Shown: positions 36,770-49,745 of the stretch, one piece after another | Layout of the letters: every line of letters starts with the position of its first letter | How positions within the stretch are numbered: position 1 is the first letter of the stretch | Assembly: GCF_006345805.1 (NCBI RefSeq) | Contig: NC_043012.1 | Coordinates: 8,866,001 to 8,930,000, forward strand | Length of the DNA stretch: 64,000 nucleotides | From: Octopus sinensis | Taxonomy: Eukaryota | Reading direction: 5' to 3' | Notes under the pieces: model-generated | Databases searched by the model: none | What the model was told of the DNA's origin: nothing | The model's input: the letters and a program-made list of their open reading frames with translations, nothing else | Translations under genes and position numbers: made by a program

Positions 36770-37376
36770 CTGGAAGAGGAAGTAAAACAAATATATATAT
36801 GTGTGTGTGTGTGTGTGCATGTGTGTGCATATATATATATAAAACAATAGATGGATTATGGTTCACTACAGCTGTTTCATGCATATTTTTCATTGATGAA
36901 TAGAAGTATTACATCATGCAAAAAAAAAACAATTTTCATCAGGTGAATACAGGTAAGAATTAATAATTAGAACTTCTCAAGAGCAAGTCCCAAATTCGGT
37001 CAGAGACTGAAGAGTAAGTTAATATCAAGTTTATATGCACACACACACAAACACACACACACACAGGGTTGTTGTATATAATATATAGGTATATGATTAA
37101 TTCTTATCGAAAATCTAAATTAAAATTGAATATAGAAAACAATTGAAAGTGAGTGTGGAGATAAATTTGGATGTTTTAGTCTCATTAGACCTTGTCAGAA
37201 AAACCTAGGCTAACCATGAAAGGAAGTCCTGAGAGAGGGGAGAGAGAGAGAGAAGTGTATACTATCTTGTATCTACAGAGAGAGAGATGGAGAGAGGGGT
37301 ATAATGGGTATATGTATACAGAAAGATATGTTGCCTGGGCAGTAGAGAGAGAGAGAGAGAGAGATAAGCATGTTAC

Positions 37377-37552
37377 CTGGTGCCATTGCTAAACCGTTTT
37401 TAGCATTGTTGATTATTTTGCCACCAAATGTCAAACATGGAAGCAAGAACTGCTGAAAGATCACAACATTCTCCTTCTTCAGACCAAAATAGCCATGTTT
37501 CTCAAAGAACAGTTCTGTGCTTTCTTTCGTGTGGTCACTGGTCATGATGTAC
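37377..37552 (-). CDS. UAP1: UAP1 coding exon 3
   Basis: ttccacag acceptor and GTAAC donor; [27 protein letters not shown]; phases 2/1. Confidence 0.96.
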
Positions 37553-37868
37553 CTGTGGAAGAACAAAGGTTAAGAATTGGTAACCAATGGTCATATTATA
37601 CTTGGGTGGAATTTCATTGTTATCATCATCATCTAATGTCTGTTTCCATGTTTGACAGGAGCTGGCGAGTTGGAAGGCTGTGCCAAGCACTGTCTGTTTT
37701 GGCAAGGTTTCTACAGTTGGATGCTCTTCATAATGCCAACCACTTTACAGAGTTCTTTATATGCAGAACCAGTAGCAGTGAGGTTAGCAAGTAACCAGAT
37801 CCTTTTTTAACTGAGTGCGAAATAGTATTGAGGGAGATGGCTTTGTATCAGGTGAAGAGAGGTTAGAG

Positions 37869-37990
37869 CAGTGGTCCCCAAAATGGGCAGTAACGCCCCT
37901 CCCTGCACACACACACACACAACAGTGGAAAAATTTAGTGGGACATTGAAGAAAATTGGGGCAACGAATGGCAATGCTCTCCACCTCTAT
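37869..37990. mobile_element. possible hAT MITE end
   Basis: CAGTGGTCCCCAAA resembles Charlie-type hAT termini; partner end not found. Confidence 0.3.
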
Positions 37991-38176
37991 TTTTCAATGG
38001 TGCATTCAATTTTAGAAAATAATGCACAAAATCAGATGTGAAAAATGTTGTTTTAAGAAAAGTAACTTCAAGCAAGAACAGAACAAAAATAAAAAAAAAA
38101 TTCCTTAAGTTTATTAACCAAGATGGTCATGAGAAAAAAAACAACAATGAAATGAAAAGTATATATATATATATAT

Positions 38177-38613
38177 AGGCGTAGGAGTGGCTGTGTGGTA
38201 AGTAGCTTGCTAACCAACCACATGGTTGTGGGTTCAGTCCCACTGCGTGGCATCTTGGGCAAGTGTCTTCTGCTATAGCCCCGGGCCGACCAATGCCTTG
38301 TGAGTGGATTTGGTAGACGGAAACTGAAAGAAGCCTGTCATATATATGTATATATATATAAGTGTGTGTATATATATATATATATATATGTATGCGTGTT
38401 TGTGTGTCTGTGTTTGTCCCCCTAGCATTGCTTGACAACCGATGCTGGTGTGTTTATGTCCCCGTCACTTAGCGGTTCGGCAAAAGAGACCGATAGAATA
38501 AGTACTGGGCTTACAAAGAATAAGTCTCGGGGTCGATTTGCTAGACTAAAGGCGGTGCTCCAGCATGGCCGCAGTCAAATGACTGAAACAAGTAAAAGAG
38601 TAAAGAGTAAGAG
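38177..38613 (+). mobile_element. SINE B, full length
   Basis: Complete head-to-tail match. Confidence 0.9.
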
Positions 38614-38638
38614 AATATATATATATATATATCCTTTG

Positions 38639-39039
38639 TCTTTTACTTGTTTCAGTTGTTAGACTGTGGCCATGCTGGGGCACTGCCTTAAAGAATTTAT
38701 AATTGAATGTATCGACCCCAGTACCTCTTTTTTTAAGCCTGGTACTTATTCTATCGTTCACTTTTGCTGAACTGCTAAGTTACAGGGACATAAACACATC
38801 AACACCAACTGGTGTCAAGCAGTGTGTGTGTGTGTGTGTGTAGGGGACAAACACAGACACACATATATACATATATGACGAGCTTCTTTCAGTTTCTGTC
38901 TACCAAATCCACTCACAAGGCTTTGGTCGACCCGAGGCTATAGCAAAAGACACTTGCCCAAGGTGCCACACAGTGGGACTGAACCTGGAAACATGTGGTT
39001 CGTAAGCAAGCTACTTACCACACAGTCGCTCCTATGCCT
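38639..39039 (-). mobile_element. SINE B variant, full length, tail-to-tail with the previous copy
   Basis: Reverse orientation; 3' segment differs (CTTAAAGAATTTATAATTG). Confidence 0.85.
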
Positions 39040-39236
39040 ATGAATATAATATTAATCAGAATTTGTCTTTATACATAAGTTAGGCCTGACCCAACAGACT
39101 CATACACTTGTTGAAATAACAACTATTTTAAATATAAATTACTATAATAATTTTTTTTTTAGAATTGGTGCAGGACGTATTATCATAGTACAGTTCAAAC
39201 TGGGGCTCACTAAAAAAGTTTTCGAAGAGCTATTAT

Positions 39237-39475
39237 TCATCATCATCATCATCATCATCGTTTAGCGTCCGCTTTCTCTGCTGGCATGGGTTGGACGGTT
39301 CAACTGGGGTCTGGGAAGCCAGAAGGCTGCACCAGGCCCAGTCTGATCTGACAATGTTTCTACGGCTGGATGCCCTTCCTAACGCCAACCACTCCATGAG
39401 TGTAGTGGGTGCATTTTACGTGCCAGATGAGGCTAGCAAACGGCCACGATCGGATGGTGCTTTTTACGTGCCACC
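39237..39475 (-). mobile_element. family D (RTE 3' end)
   Basis: (CAT)n tail plus standard body. Confidence 0.85.
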
Positions 39476-39978
39476 GAATTTCTCATTTGTGTTTTTCTTT
39501 TCCAGAATATTAATTGAGAAAATTAAAATGAAGAAGTGGAAAATACAAAATTTTTTTTCTCTAAAAAATGCATATTACAAATGTTTCAAAATGTGGAATT
39601 TAACAATGAAGGTAAATTGTGCAACATATTGAGAACAACCAAACTTAGCTTACGATTAGATTAGTCTCCTTTGCTAAGCAATAAAAGTATGTTTCTTGTT
39701 TGTTTGCTCTATCAAAGATAAATGTTTGGTTCAAGAGCTATTATTTGCTAAAAGAGTTGTCATCACAGATGCATGAGTTTATGGAAACAGTTATACTTAG
39801 CATGTTTACATCACACCCTATGATCTACAGGTAACATCCAGTTGCAAATAACTTAAGTGGTAGATTTAGTAAATGAATGAGCACTGCTATCACAATGGTA
39901 AATAAAAAATCAAGACACATGCTCACAATTCCCCACCATTTCTGTGGATCTGTCCTGAGAATGATAAAGATTATGAAC

Positions 39979-40312
39979 TACCAACCACATGGTTCCAGGT
40001 TCAGTCCCACTGCATGGCACCTTGGGCCGACCAAAGCCTTGTGAGTGGATTTGGTAGACGGAAACTGAAAGCCTGTCGTATATATATGTATATATATGTG
40101 TGTGTGTGTGTTTGTGTGTCCGTGTTTGTTCCCCAAACATCGCTTGACAACTGATGCTGGTGTGTTTGCGTCCCCGTAACTTAGTGGTTCGGCAAAAGAG
40201 ACCGATAGAATAAGTACCAGGCTTATAAAGAATAAGTACTGGGGTCGATTTGCTCGACTAAAGGCGGTGCTCCAGCATGGCCACAGTCAAATGACTGAAA
40301 CAAGTAAAAGAG
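39979..40312 (+). mobile_element. SINE B (head truncated)
   Basis: Body and tail match. Confidence 0.85.
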
Positions 40313-40334
40313 TATTTGTTGTTGCAGACAAAAG

Positions 40335-40630
40335 TTTGATGTCCATCAAATGGAAATTGCCTGAGAGTTTCTATTCCCTTTTTGAAACGGTTGTTGAATT
40401 CTTGCAAGACCTTTACTCTGTTCTTTACGATGAAGCAAGAAACATTAAGCATGACATTGATTATATGGCAGATATATTCACACAGTTCAATGAAGTTAAT
40501 TTGCAACTGCAAGGAAATGAGTTTAAGCCATATCAAAGTAAAACCAGCCCTCTCCATGGCTCTGGCCAAGCTACAGCTATTCAAATTTAACATAAGCTGC
40601 TGTTTGTTCTTTATGTCATGCCTCACTGAA
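40335..40630 (+). mobile_element. hAT (SCAND3/Buster-like) transposase fragment
   Basis: FYSLFETVVEFLQ..DIDYMADIFTQFNEVNLQLQG resembles hAT catalytic-domain helices (D.AY..D.F..FNE.NLQLQG). Confidence 0.7.
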
Positions 40631-40811
40631 CTTCACATTAACTTTTAAGCATTCAGATTACTCTGTCAAATATAACATTTATTCACATTGTTTTGGATTA
40701 ATCAAGGATTACCTTGTTGTTTCAAGATATCAATGATATGATATTCTTAGAATATTTGGCCCAGATAAGGCCAGATTAAATGCTAAAGAGTTAATAATCC
40801 TTTAGCATTCA

Positions 40812-41101
40812 GATGCCGTTGCCAGCACCGCCCCGACTGGCCTCGTGCCAGTGGCACGTTAAAAAGCATTATTCGATCATGGCCGTTGCCAGCCTCGTCT
40901 GGCACCTGTGCCAGTGGCACATAAACTCACCCACTACACTCACGGAGTAGTTGGCGTTAGGAAGGGCATCCAGCCGTAGAAACATTGCCAGATCAGACTG
41001 GACCTGGCACAGCCTCTGGCTTCCCAGACCCCAGTTGAACCGTCCAACCCATGCTAGCATGGAAAGCGGACGCTAAACGATGATGATGATGATGATGATG
41101 A
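40812..41101 (+). mobile_element. family D (RTE 3' end)
   Basis: Standard body with (GAT)n tail; flanked by MITE E pieces. Confidence 0.85.
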
Positions 41102-41338
41102 TTACTCTGCTAAATATATATTACTTCAAAACGATGTGAATGAATATTTGTGCCTTCTCTTGTAATTTCAAGATTCTGATGATGATGCAATTGTTTATTT
41201 TTAGAATGACATTGTAGGATAGGTGTGAGAGGCAGGATCTATCTGGTTTCAATGCTAAAGGGTTATACATAATTTTACCATTAAACAAAAAGCAAAAATG
41301 AAAATAACAAACAAAAACATTAATATCGAAGCACTGAC

Positions 41339-41531
41339 CATGGGATGCTGCAGTTGTTGCCAGCTAATTTTTGTAGTTTAAGAATGCGTTCTGCTTGTAA
41401 TTGGTAAAGAGTCTTTCCAGATGGCAATCCAACATTATACATTCCTTTTGGATATTTCACACCAAGTCTTGTCCCTTGACCACCAGCCAGCAACAGCACA
41501 CACAATTTGTTCTCAGCAATCAATTTTAATC
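41339..41531 (-). CDS. UAP1: UAP1 coding exon 2
   Basis: ttattgtag acceptor and GTCAGT donor; nucleotide-binding signature [15 protein letters not shown]; phases 1/2. Confidence 0.97.
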
Positions 41532-41660
41532 CTACAATAAATTTATCAAATATTTCACAGAAAGAGAAAATAACATGACATTTAGAGTACTTCTGTTCCT
41601 TTTTTATTTCTTTCATAAAATAGATTTCTATATATAAAGAAAAATAAACTCTTCATAACT

Positions 41661-42028
41661 CTCTTTACTCTCTCTTTTACTTGTTTCAGTCATTTGACTG
41701 CGGCCATGCTGGAGCACCGCCTTTTTTAATCGAGCAACACGACCCCGGGACTTATTCTTTTGTGAGCCCAGTACTTATTCTATCGGTCTCTTTTGCCGAA
41801 CCGCTAAGTAACGGGGACATAAACACACCAGCATCAGTTGTCAAGCAATGCTAGGGGGACAAACACAGGCACACAAACACACACGCATATATATATATAT
41901 ACGACGGGCTTTTGGTCGGCCCAAGGCTATAGTAGAAGACACTTGTCCAAGGTGCCACGCAGTGAGACTGAACCCGGAACCATGTGGTTGGTAAACAAGC
42001 TACTTACCACACAGCCACTCCTACGCCT
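41661..42028 (-). mobile_element. SINE B
   Basis: Consensus match with a small internal deletion. Confidence 0.88.
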
Positions 42029-42752
42029 ATCATTTTCAAAAACAGATGGAGTTATAGTGCTCAAGTGCATTGAACTAGAACAAGGGCTACCATTCAACTG
42101 TTAAAAGATTTTAAAAAAAAGACAAATTTTATGAATGGGTGGAAATAGAAGGATGATTGAGGGACCCTGGCATGATATGTAAGTGTCGGATTTTGATCAA
42201 AATTAGATGAGAAGATAGTTCATATCCAGAAGGCTTCAGAAAAACTGTATTTTGATAAGAAAATGATCAAGAAAAAAGTGGGTTTTGTATGGTCGAACCG
42301 TGCTCATCTGCCCTCTATAGAGCTCTATAGTAACATCTAATTCTAGTAACCTCAATATTTAACAGGTACTTTATTGACCCACAAAGGATGAAAGGTAAAG
42401 ATTGATTTTGATGGCATTTGAATTCAGAATATAAAGGCCTGAAACAAATACTGAAAGGGAATTTACCTGACACTAAGGATTTTGCCAATCCATCACTCAA
42501 CAACAATGGTTTCTAATTCAAGCACAAAGCTCACAATTTTAGGTGGGGCGGGTGGGTTAGATAGCAAAACTTCGAAGGATGAAAAGCAGTTAACTCCAGT
42601 GAGATTTGATCACAGACCAGGAAAAGCCAGAACAAATACAGCAAAGCATCCTGACTATCATGCCAGCTCACCACACTGATAATAATAATAAAAAGAATAG
42701 TCATGACAAATGCTATAATTGTTGAAGATCCTTTATCAGCATACAAAGGTAC

Positions 42753-43130
42753 CTCTTTTACTCTTTTACTTGTTTCAGTCATTTGACTGCGGCCATGCGA
42801 GAGCACCGCCTTTAGTCGATCAAATCAACCCCGGGACTTATTCTATTGGTCTCTTTTGCCGAACCACTAAGTGACGGGGACGTAAACACACCAGCATCGG
42901 TTGTCAAGCAATGCTAGGGGGACAAACACAAACACACACAAACATATATATATATATACATATATACGACAGGCTTCTTTCAGTTTCCGTCTACCAAATC
43001 CACTCACAAGGCATTGGTCGGTCCGGGGCTATAGCAGAAGACACTTGCCCAAGATGCCACGCAGTGGGATTGAACCTGCAACCATGTGGTTGGTTAGCAA
43101 GCTAATTACCACACAGCCACTCCTGCGCCT
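42753..43130 (-). mobile_element. SINE B
   Basis: Consensus match. Confidence 0.88.
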
Positions 43131-43483
43131 ATTAGATGTTTCTACAGAATGCCCATTTCTTGAGACATTTATATCGTATGTTATGAGTATAAAGTTTTCA
43201 AGATAAATCTAAGTTGCTTTTGTATTGTGATGTTTCACAGGGGCGGAAACAGCTGAATGGACAAGGGTTTGTAGAACCAGCTGGGAGATAATGAATCTAA
43301 ATAAACTGCAAATAAGACAGGAATATTTCACGTTCCCATAACTGTCTAGACTAGATTACCCAATGATCTGAGAAAGTTACATATGAGAGACTGTCTTCCT
43401 AGCCAGGGGGAAATTTAAGTCACCTGATTTACACAATACTGAAGTAGTTTTTTTATCTTCTTTTTATGAATACCATCAATGGT

Positions 43484-43895
43484 AGGAGTAGGAATGGTTG
43501 TGTGGTAAGTAGCTTGCTTACGAACCACATGGTTCTGGGTTCAGTCCCACTGCGTGGCACTTTGGGCAAGTGTCTTCTACTATAGCCTCGGTTCGACCAA
43601 AGCCTTGTGAGTGGATTTGGTAGACGGAAACTGAAAGAAGCCCGTCGTATATATATGTATATATATATGTATGTGTGCATGTATGTTTGTGTGTCTGTGT
43701 TTGTACCCCCAACATCACTTAACAACCGATGCTGGTGTGTTTACGTCCCCGTAACTTAGCAGTTCGGCAAAAAAGACCGATAGAATAAGTACTAGGCTTA
43801 CAAAGAATAAGTCCTAGGGTCGATTTGCTCGACTAAAGGCGGTGCTCCAGCATGGCCACAGTCAAATGACAAAGAAATAAAAGAGAGTAAAAGAG
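43484..43895 (+). mobile_element. SINE B
   Basis: Consensus match. Confidence 0.88.
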
Positions 43896-44427
43896 AATGC
43901 TTTAGAGATATTTTTACATAAGCCAAACTAAATATAGACAAAACAATCACAAATACTGGACTTTGGTTTTTTTCTCTTCATAACAGATTACTTTCTCAGA
44001 GTGATGGTGGTGGTAGCATGGCTCCTATCGTGTGTCATTCTAAATCAAATATCAGATATTGAATATTTCAATTGGTTAATCTTGCTTCATATAACAGCTG
44101 GTGTAAGTGTATATGTGTGTACAGAGTACAAATATTCAATAGATTTCAATTATAGCTTTGATTACGAGTTCAAGGTAGACTTTATCAAGTCACATAATAA
44201 AATTATTGGTTCCATTGTAGTATTGATGGAACAAGGTGACTTGGGTAAGTTTATCCGTCTCCATGCTCTGTCTATAGGTGGTGTTAAACTCACACCTGCA
44301 AACTACTGAAACACAAGTCAGTTTGATAGTGTTGCGACAGTTTACAACAGTGAATTGTTTCTATTGTGCGATACCTAGGTGAGAGTCTGAATCTTCATCA
44401 CAGATCCATAGTTTATTTGTTCCTTCT

Positions 44428-44675
44428 TGAGCCATGCCTGGCTCATAAGGGCCAGTTTTCTGGTTTCCTTGGCGTATAGGTTCCCCACCTGGACGGGATG
44501 CCAGTCCGTCGCAGGTGAGCTGCAAGATGCAGGAGGAAAGAGTGAGAGAAAGTTGTGGCGAAAGAGTCAGCAGAAGATTGCCATTACCTTCAGCTGGAGC
44601 CACGTGGAGCTTAGGTGTTTCGCTCATAAACACACACATCGCCCGGTCTGAGATTAGAACCTGCGATCCCTCGAC
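44428..44675 (-). mobile_element. SINE A2
   Basis: Matches 22862-23140. Confidence 0.75.
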
Positions 44676-44721
44676 CATGCACCTGCTGCAACAACCACAT
44701 CAAATATATAATTTTTTATAA

Positions 44722-45058
44722 TCTTTTTACTTGTTTCAGCCATCAGACTGCAGCCAAAGAATTTTTAGCCAAACAAATCAACCCCAGTATCCTTTTTAAA
44801 TCTGGTATTTATTCTATTCTTCTTTTACCAATCAGCTGAGTTACAGGGATGTAAACACACCAACACTAGTTGTCAAGTGGTGATGGGAAACACACACGTG
44901 GGGTTCTTTCAGTTTCTATCTACCTAATCCACTTACAAAGTTTTGATCAGCTTGAAGCTATAGTAAAAAAACACTTGCCCAAGGTGCCATGCAGTGTGAC
45001 TGAACCCAAAATCATGTGGTTGAAAAGCAAGCTTCTTACCACAGAGCCACGCATGCAC
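44722..45058 (-). mobile_element. older SINE B variant
   Basis: Diverged consensus match. Confidence 0.7.
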
Positions 45059-45548
45059 CTCTGAGCACTGTCCATTCAATAACATCATATTACCCTAGAA
45101 ACATGTAAAACTAATCAATATAAGCTGAAACCATAAACTACATTGATTTCAATGACAGGTGTTTTGGTGACATTCATCTCATCTCTGATGTTTATAGAAG
45201 GAGTATGTATATGGTTAAGAGGGTTGCTTCCAAATCATGTAGTTCTGAGTTCAGTCCCAGAGCACAGTACCTTGGACAAATGTTTACTAAAACTTTATGC
45301 TGGCAAAATCTTGTGAGTGGATTTGGTAGATGGAAACTGAAAGAAGCCTGTTGTGTGTGTGTGTTATGTATTATGTAGGTAGGGTAAAATTTCAGCTGTT
45401 TCTTTTTGAAGCACATTTGCGTATTCCATTATTACAATCCAGTGTGTAGTTAGTGCTGTCGTTGATGTAGTATAGATGCAAAGTACACAGAAAATTCTGG
45501 AAATATTTGCAGAGTTATTGTATAACAAAAGAAGAAGTTGGAAAATTT

Positions 45549-47082
45549 ATCATCATCATCATCTTACGTCTGTTGTCCATGCTGGCATGAGTTGGAATGG
45601 TTTGACTGAGCTGGCACACTGGAAGGCTGCATCAGACTCTAGTCTGATTTGGCATGGTTTTCTATGATTGGATGCCCTTCCTATTGCCAATTACTCTGAG
45701 AGTGTAATGGGTGCAATAATGTGTCACTGGCACAGGTGCCAATTTGAAGGACACCGGTATCTGCCATGACTGTAATTTTGCTCAGCTTGATGTGTCTTCT
45801 TCTCAAGTACAACATAAGCCAAGGGTCTTGGTCATTGCTTCTGTGAGGCCCAACATTTAAAGGAACTTGGCCACTTTGCCTCCGTGAGGCCCAATGCTCA
45901 AAAGGAACTCAGCCACTTTGCCTCCGTAAGGCCCAATGCTCAAAAGGTGTTCTTTACGTGCCACCAGCACAGGTGCACTTGGCTTGACAGGCCCTCTCAA
46001 GCGTGGCACATCACCAAAGGTCTCGGTCACCAGTCACTGCTTCTGTGAGGCTCTAAGTTTGAAGGTCATGCTTCACCACCTCATCCCATATCTTCCTGGG
46101 TCTACCCCTACCACAGGTTCCCTCCACAGTTAGAGACCGGTACTTTACACAGGTATCCTCGTTCATACACATCACATGATCATACCAGCACAGTCATCTC
46201 TCTTGCACCCCACATCTGATGCCTCTTGTGGCTAACTCTTCTCTCAAGATGCTTACACTCTGTCAAACATGCACACTGACATTGCACATCCAGCAAAGCA
46301 TACTGGCTTCATTTCTTTCAAGCCTACACGTCCTCGGCTGTCACAGCCCATGTTTCACTGCTATGCAACATAGCTGTTTGCACAAAGTCATCAAACAATC
46401 TGCCTTTCACCTTAACAGAGAGGCCCTTTGTTGCCAGCAGAGGTAGGAGCTCTCTGAACTTTGCCCAGCCTAATCTTATTCTTACAGCTACACACTTGGA
46501 GCATCCACCTCCACTACTAACCTCGTCACCTAAGTAACGGAAGCTTGCCTAGCTGGCAGTTGATGGAGTCTATTTTCTGCACATTTTCAGCATTTATTGT
46601 ACCTGTGCATCTTCCACATACAAAAGTTAGTTTCCCCGTTAACTTTCCTCTGATATTGCTGCACCTTTTATGTGCCCAAAGCTTCCACTTGGTGCATCTT
46701 ATGGAGTTTCTACCTACACCTTTTCTACAATTCAAGCAGGACCATTTACCTGAAGGGATTTGTGATTTGTCTGCCTTCCTACTTATTAAGACTTTGGTTT
46801 TTGCTAGGTTAACTCTTAAGGCCCTTTGATTCTAGACCTTGCTTCCACACCTGGAACATCTCTAGTTGTGGTAGTGATTCAGCAATAAGAGCAAGGTCAT
46901 CAGCCTAGAGGAGCTCCCAGGGGTACTCTCTCTTGAATTCCAGTGTTATTGCCTGGAGGACTATGATGAATAAGAGGGGTTGAGCACCAATCCTTGGCGA
47001 ACCCCCTGCTTGTACCTTGAATTCTTCACTGTACTTGTTGCCAACCCTCACCTTCCTGGTAGCATCCCTGTACATAGCTTGG
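45549..47082 (-). mobile_element. 5'-truncated RTE-clade LINE pseudo-ORF2 (RT) with family D 3'UTR
   Basis: Minus translation AMYRDATRKVRVG..RQGLVL.PLLFIIVL..WELL*ADDLALIAES..RVNLAKTKV, then a Cys/His finger, then GRGRPRK.WDEVVK.D; (GAT)n tail; frameshifts and stops. Confidence 0.88.
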
Positions 47083-47324
47083 TATTATTTATTCACTATT
47101 ACACACGTTTTATTTGCTTATAGCAATTATTGAGTTTTACATGTAAGGAATTTCCAATTAGAAATTCTTCAGACAGAGAAATTAAATTTTACATTTGGAC
47201 AAACATATTTATAAATTAAGAGCAGTATAGATAATTGGGGTGAAGGAAGGAAGGGGAAATAAGATTTTACAGAAAAAAACAAAAGAGTTATACACACACA
47301 CATGCATATACTCATATATACACA

Positions 47325-47528
47325 CACATCCGGGTTGTGGATCCGTGGAACAAGCTGCCAGACGAGATGGTGAAGATGCCGACGACCGCTTTGTTCAAAG
47401 TCTCCCTTGACCTCAAGTGGCCTGAACTCTTTACATGAACACCACCCTGTACATAACTCCATGTCCCCCTACATGGCCTTGCTTTTTGCTTTTTGAGCCA
47501 AAAAATTAACTAACTAACTAACTAACAT
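47325..47528 (+). mobile_element. CR1-type LINE 3' end with (TAAC)n tail
   Basis: RVVDPWNKLPDEMVKMPTTALFKVSLDLKWPELFT*. Confidence 0.75.
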
Positions 47529-47732
47529 ACATACTTATACACATAATGGGTGTGTATACACGTGTATACATACATACACGTGTGCCGGTTCAGATGGATT
47601 TAAACAAGACTATGTAGATCTTTAACAACATACGTGTATATAAACATGTACACAAACACACACATATATATATTGGTAAGATTGGCCTTAATAGATATAT
47701 AATATTGTACAGTTCAATCAATATATAATATA

Positions 47733-48128
47733 CTCTTTTACTTGTTTCAGTCATTTGACTGTGTCCATGCTGGAGCACCGCCTTTAGTCAAACAAATTGA
47801 CCCCAGGACTTATTCTTTGTAAGCCTAATACTTATTCTATCAGTCTCTTTTACCGAACCGCTAAGTTACGGGGACGCAAACACACCAGCATCGGTTGTCA
47901 AGCGAAAGGAGGGACAAACACAGACACACAAACATATACACACACACATACATACATACATATACACGACGAGCTTCTTTCAGTCTCCATCTACCAAATC
48001 CACTCACAAAGCTTTGGTCGACCCGAGCCTATAGTAGAAGACACTTACCCAAGATGCCACAGTGGGACTGAACCTGGAACCATATGGTTGGTAAGCAAGC
48101 TACTTACCACACAGCCACTCCTACACCT
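47733..48128 (-). mobile_element. SINE B
   Basis: Consensus match. Confidence 0.88.
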
Positions 48129-48555
48129 ATATATATATATATACTTAAATTAATTGATGTGTAGAGTATTATGAATCCAATAAGGTCAATCTTACCAACG
48201 GAGTTCATTGGAGTGTTAGGGACACACACACACACACACACACACCTATATACACTTTTTAAATTTGGAAGATGGCTATATATAATTACATATAACTATT
48301 ATGACAAGACAACAAAAAAATACAAATGTATGTAGTAAACTATATCAATAAATAAAACAATAAGGCACAATTTTATCATGGAAGGAGGAGTAAATATAGA
48401 TATAAGTGTATATTATCTTAATAAAAAAACAAATAAAAAATAAAAAACATAATAGCATTTATAGTCTATACTAGTGAACACTCGTATAAACAGGTATGTA
48501 AATTTTATTGTACATAACTGCTACATTTAAAGTATCCATATTCTATATATGTATA

Positions 48556-48569
48556 TATAAAAAGTGAGA

Positions 48570-48611
<42 letters not shown>

Positions 48612-48749
48612 GTGAGATATATATATATTATATAAAAAGTGAGATATATATATATATATATAAAAAGTGAGATATATATATATATAAAAAGTGAGATATA
48701 TATATATATAAAAAGTGAGATATATATATATATAAAAAGTGAGATATAT

Positions 48750-48783
<34 letters not shown>

Positions 48784-48892
48784 AAAAGTGAGATATATAT
48801 ATATATATATAAAAAGTGAGATATATATATATATAAAAAGTGAGATATATATATATATAAAAAGTGAGATATATATATATATAAAAAGTGAG

Positions 48893-48925
<33 letters not shown>

Positions 48926-48955
48926 ATATATAAAAAGTGAGATATATATATATAT
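48556..48955. repeat. minisatellite: 13 copies of AAAAAGTGAG separated by variable (AT)n
   Basis: Direct count. Confidence 0.92.
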
Positions 48956-49097
48956 AATACACATATTTATATCCACAAAATTATATATAACCACAAATGC
49001 ATTCATTTTTGTTTGTTTGCATGCGAGTGTGTGTAAGAGAGAGAGTATGTGTGTGTGTGTGTGTGTGCAAGAGTGTGAGAGTGCAAGAAGTTTGAGC

Positions 49098-49195
49098 GAG
49101 AGTGGGTGGGTGTGCGAGAGTGGGTGGGCGTGTGAGAGTAGGTGGGTGTGCGAGTGAGAGTGGGTGGGCGTGTTAGAGTGGGTGGGTGTGCGAGA
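49098..49195 (+). repeat. ~18-bp GAGAGTGGGTGGG(T/C)GTG repeat, about 5 units
   Basis: Direct reading. Confidence 0.8.
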
Positions 49196-49465
49196 GTGAG
49201 TGTATGTGAGTGAGTTAGCACAAGAGCAAGTGAATTAGTGTGAGAGTGAGTGTGTATGTGTTTCCTATATCTGATTTGCTCTTCCTTCCCCCCCCCACCA
49301 AATAGAAAGTTCCTGATTACTAACTAGACATGAATGTTTAATCTAAATGTAAAACCTGTATATATATGTGTGTGTGGTGTGTGTGTGTGTGTGTGTGTGC
49401 ATGTGTGTATGATAAATCCAAAAAGAAAAAACACAAAAAAACAACATGAGGGTGTGGTACATGTA

Positions 49466-49698
49466 AAGGTGGCGAGCTGGCAGAAACGTTAGCACGCCGG
49501 GCGAAATGCGTAGCCGTATTTTGTCTGCCGCTACGTTCAGAGTTCAAATTCCCCCGAGGTCGACTTAGCCTTTCATCCTTTTGGGGTCGATAAATTAAGT
49601 ACCAGTTATGCACTGGGGTCGATGTTATTGACTTAATCCGTTTGTCTGTCCTTGTTTGTCCCCTCTGTGTTTAGCCCCTTGTGGGTAGTAAAGAAATA
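49466..49698 (+). mobile_element. SINE C, full length
   Basis: 13-bp TSD GGTACATGTAAAG at 49456-49468 and 49699-49711. Confidence 0.92.
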
Positions 49699-49745
49699 GG
49701 TACATGTAAAGTATTAGCAGATGCTCAGGAAAGGAAAGAAAGATG

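Noticed and set aside
48576-48962. 128-aa YIYISHFL repeat ORF
   Set aside because: Translation of the minisatellite
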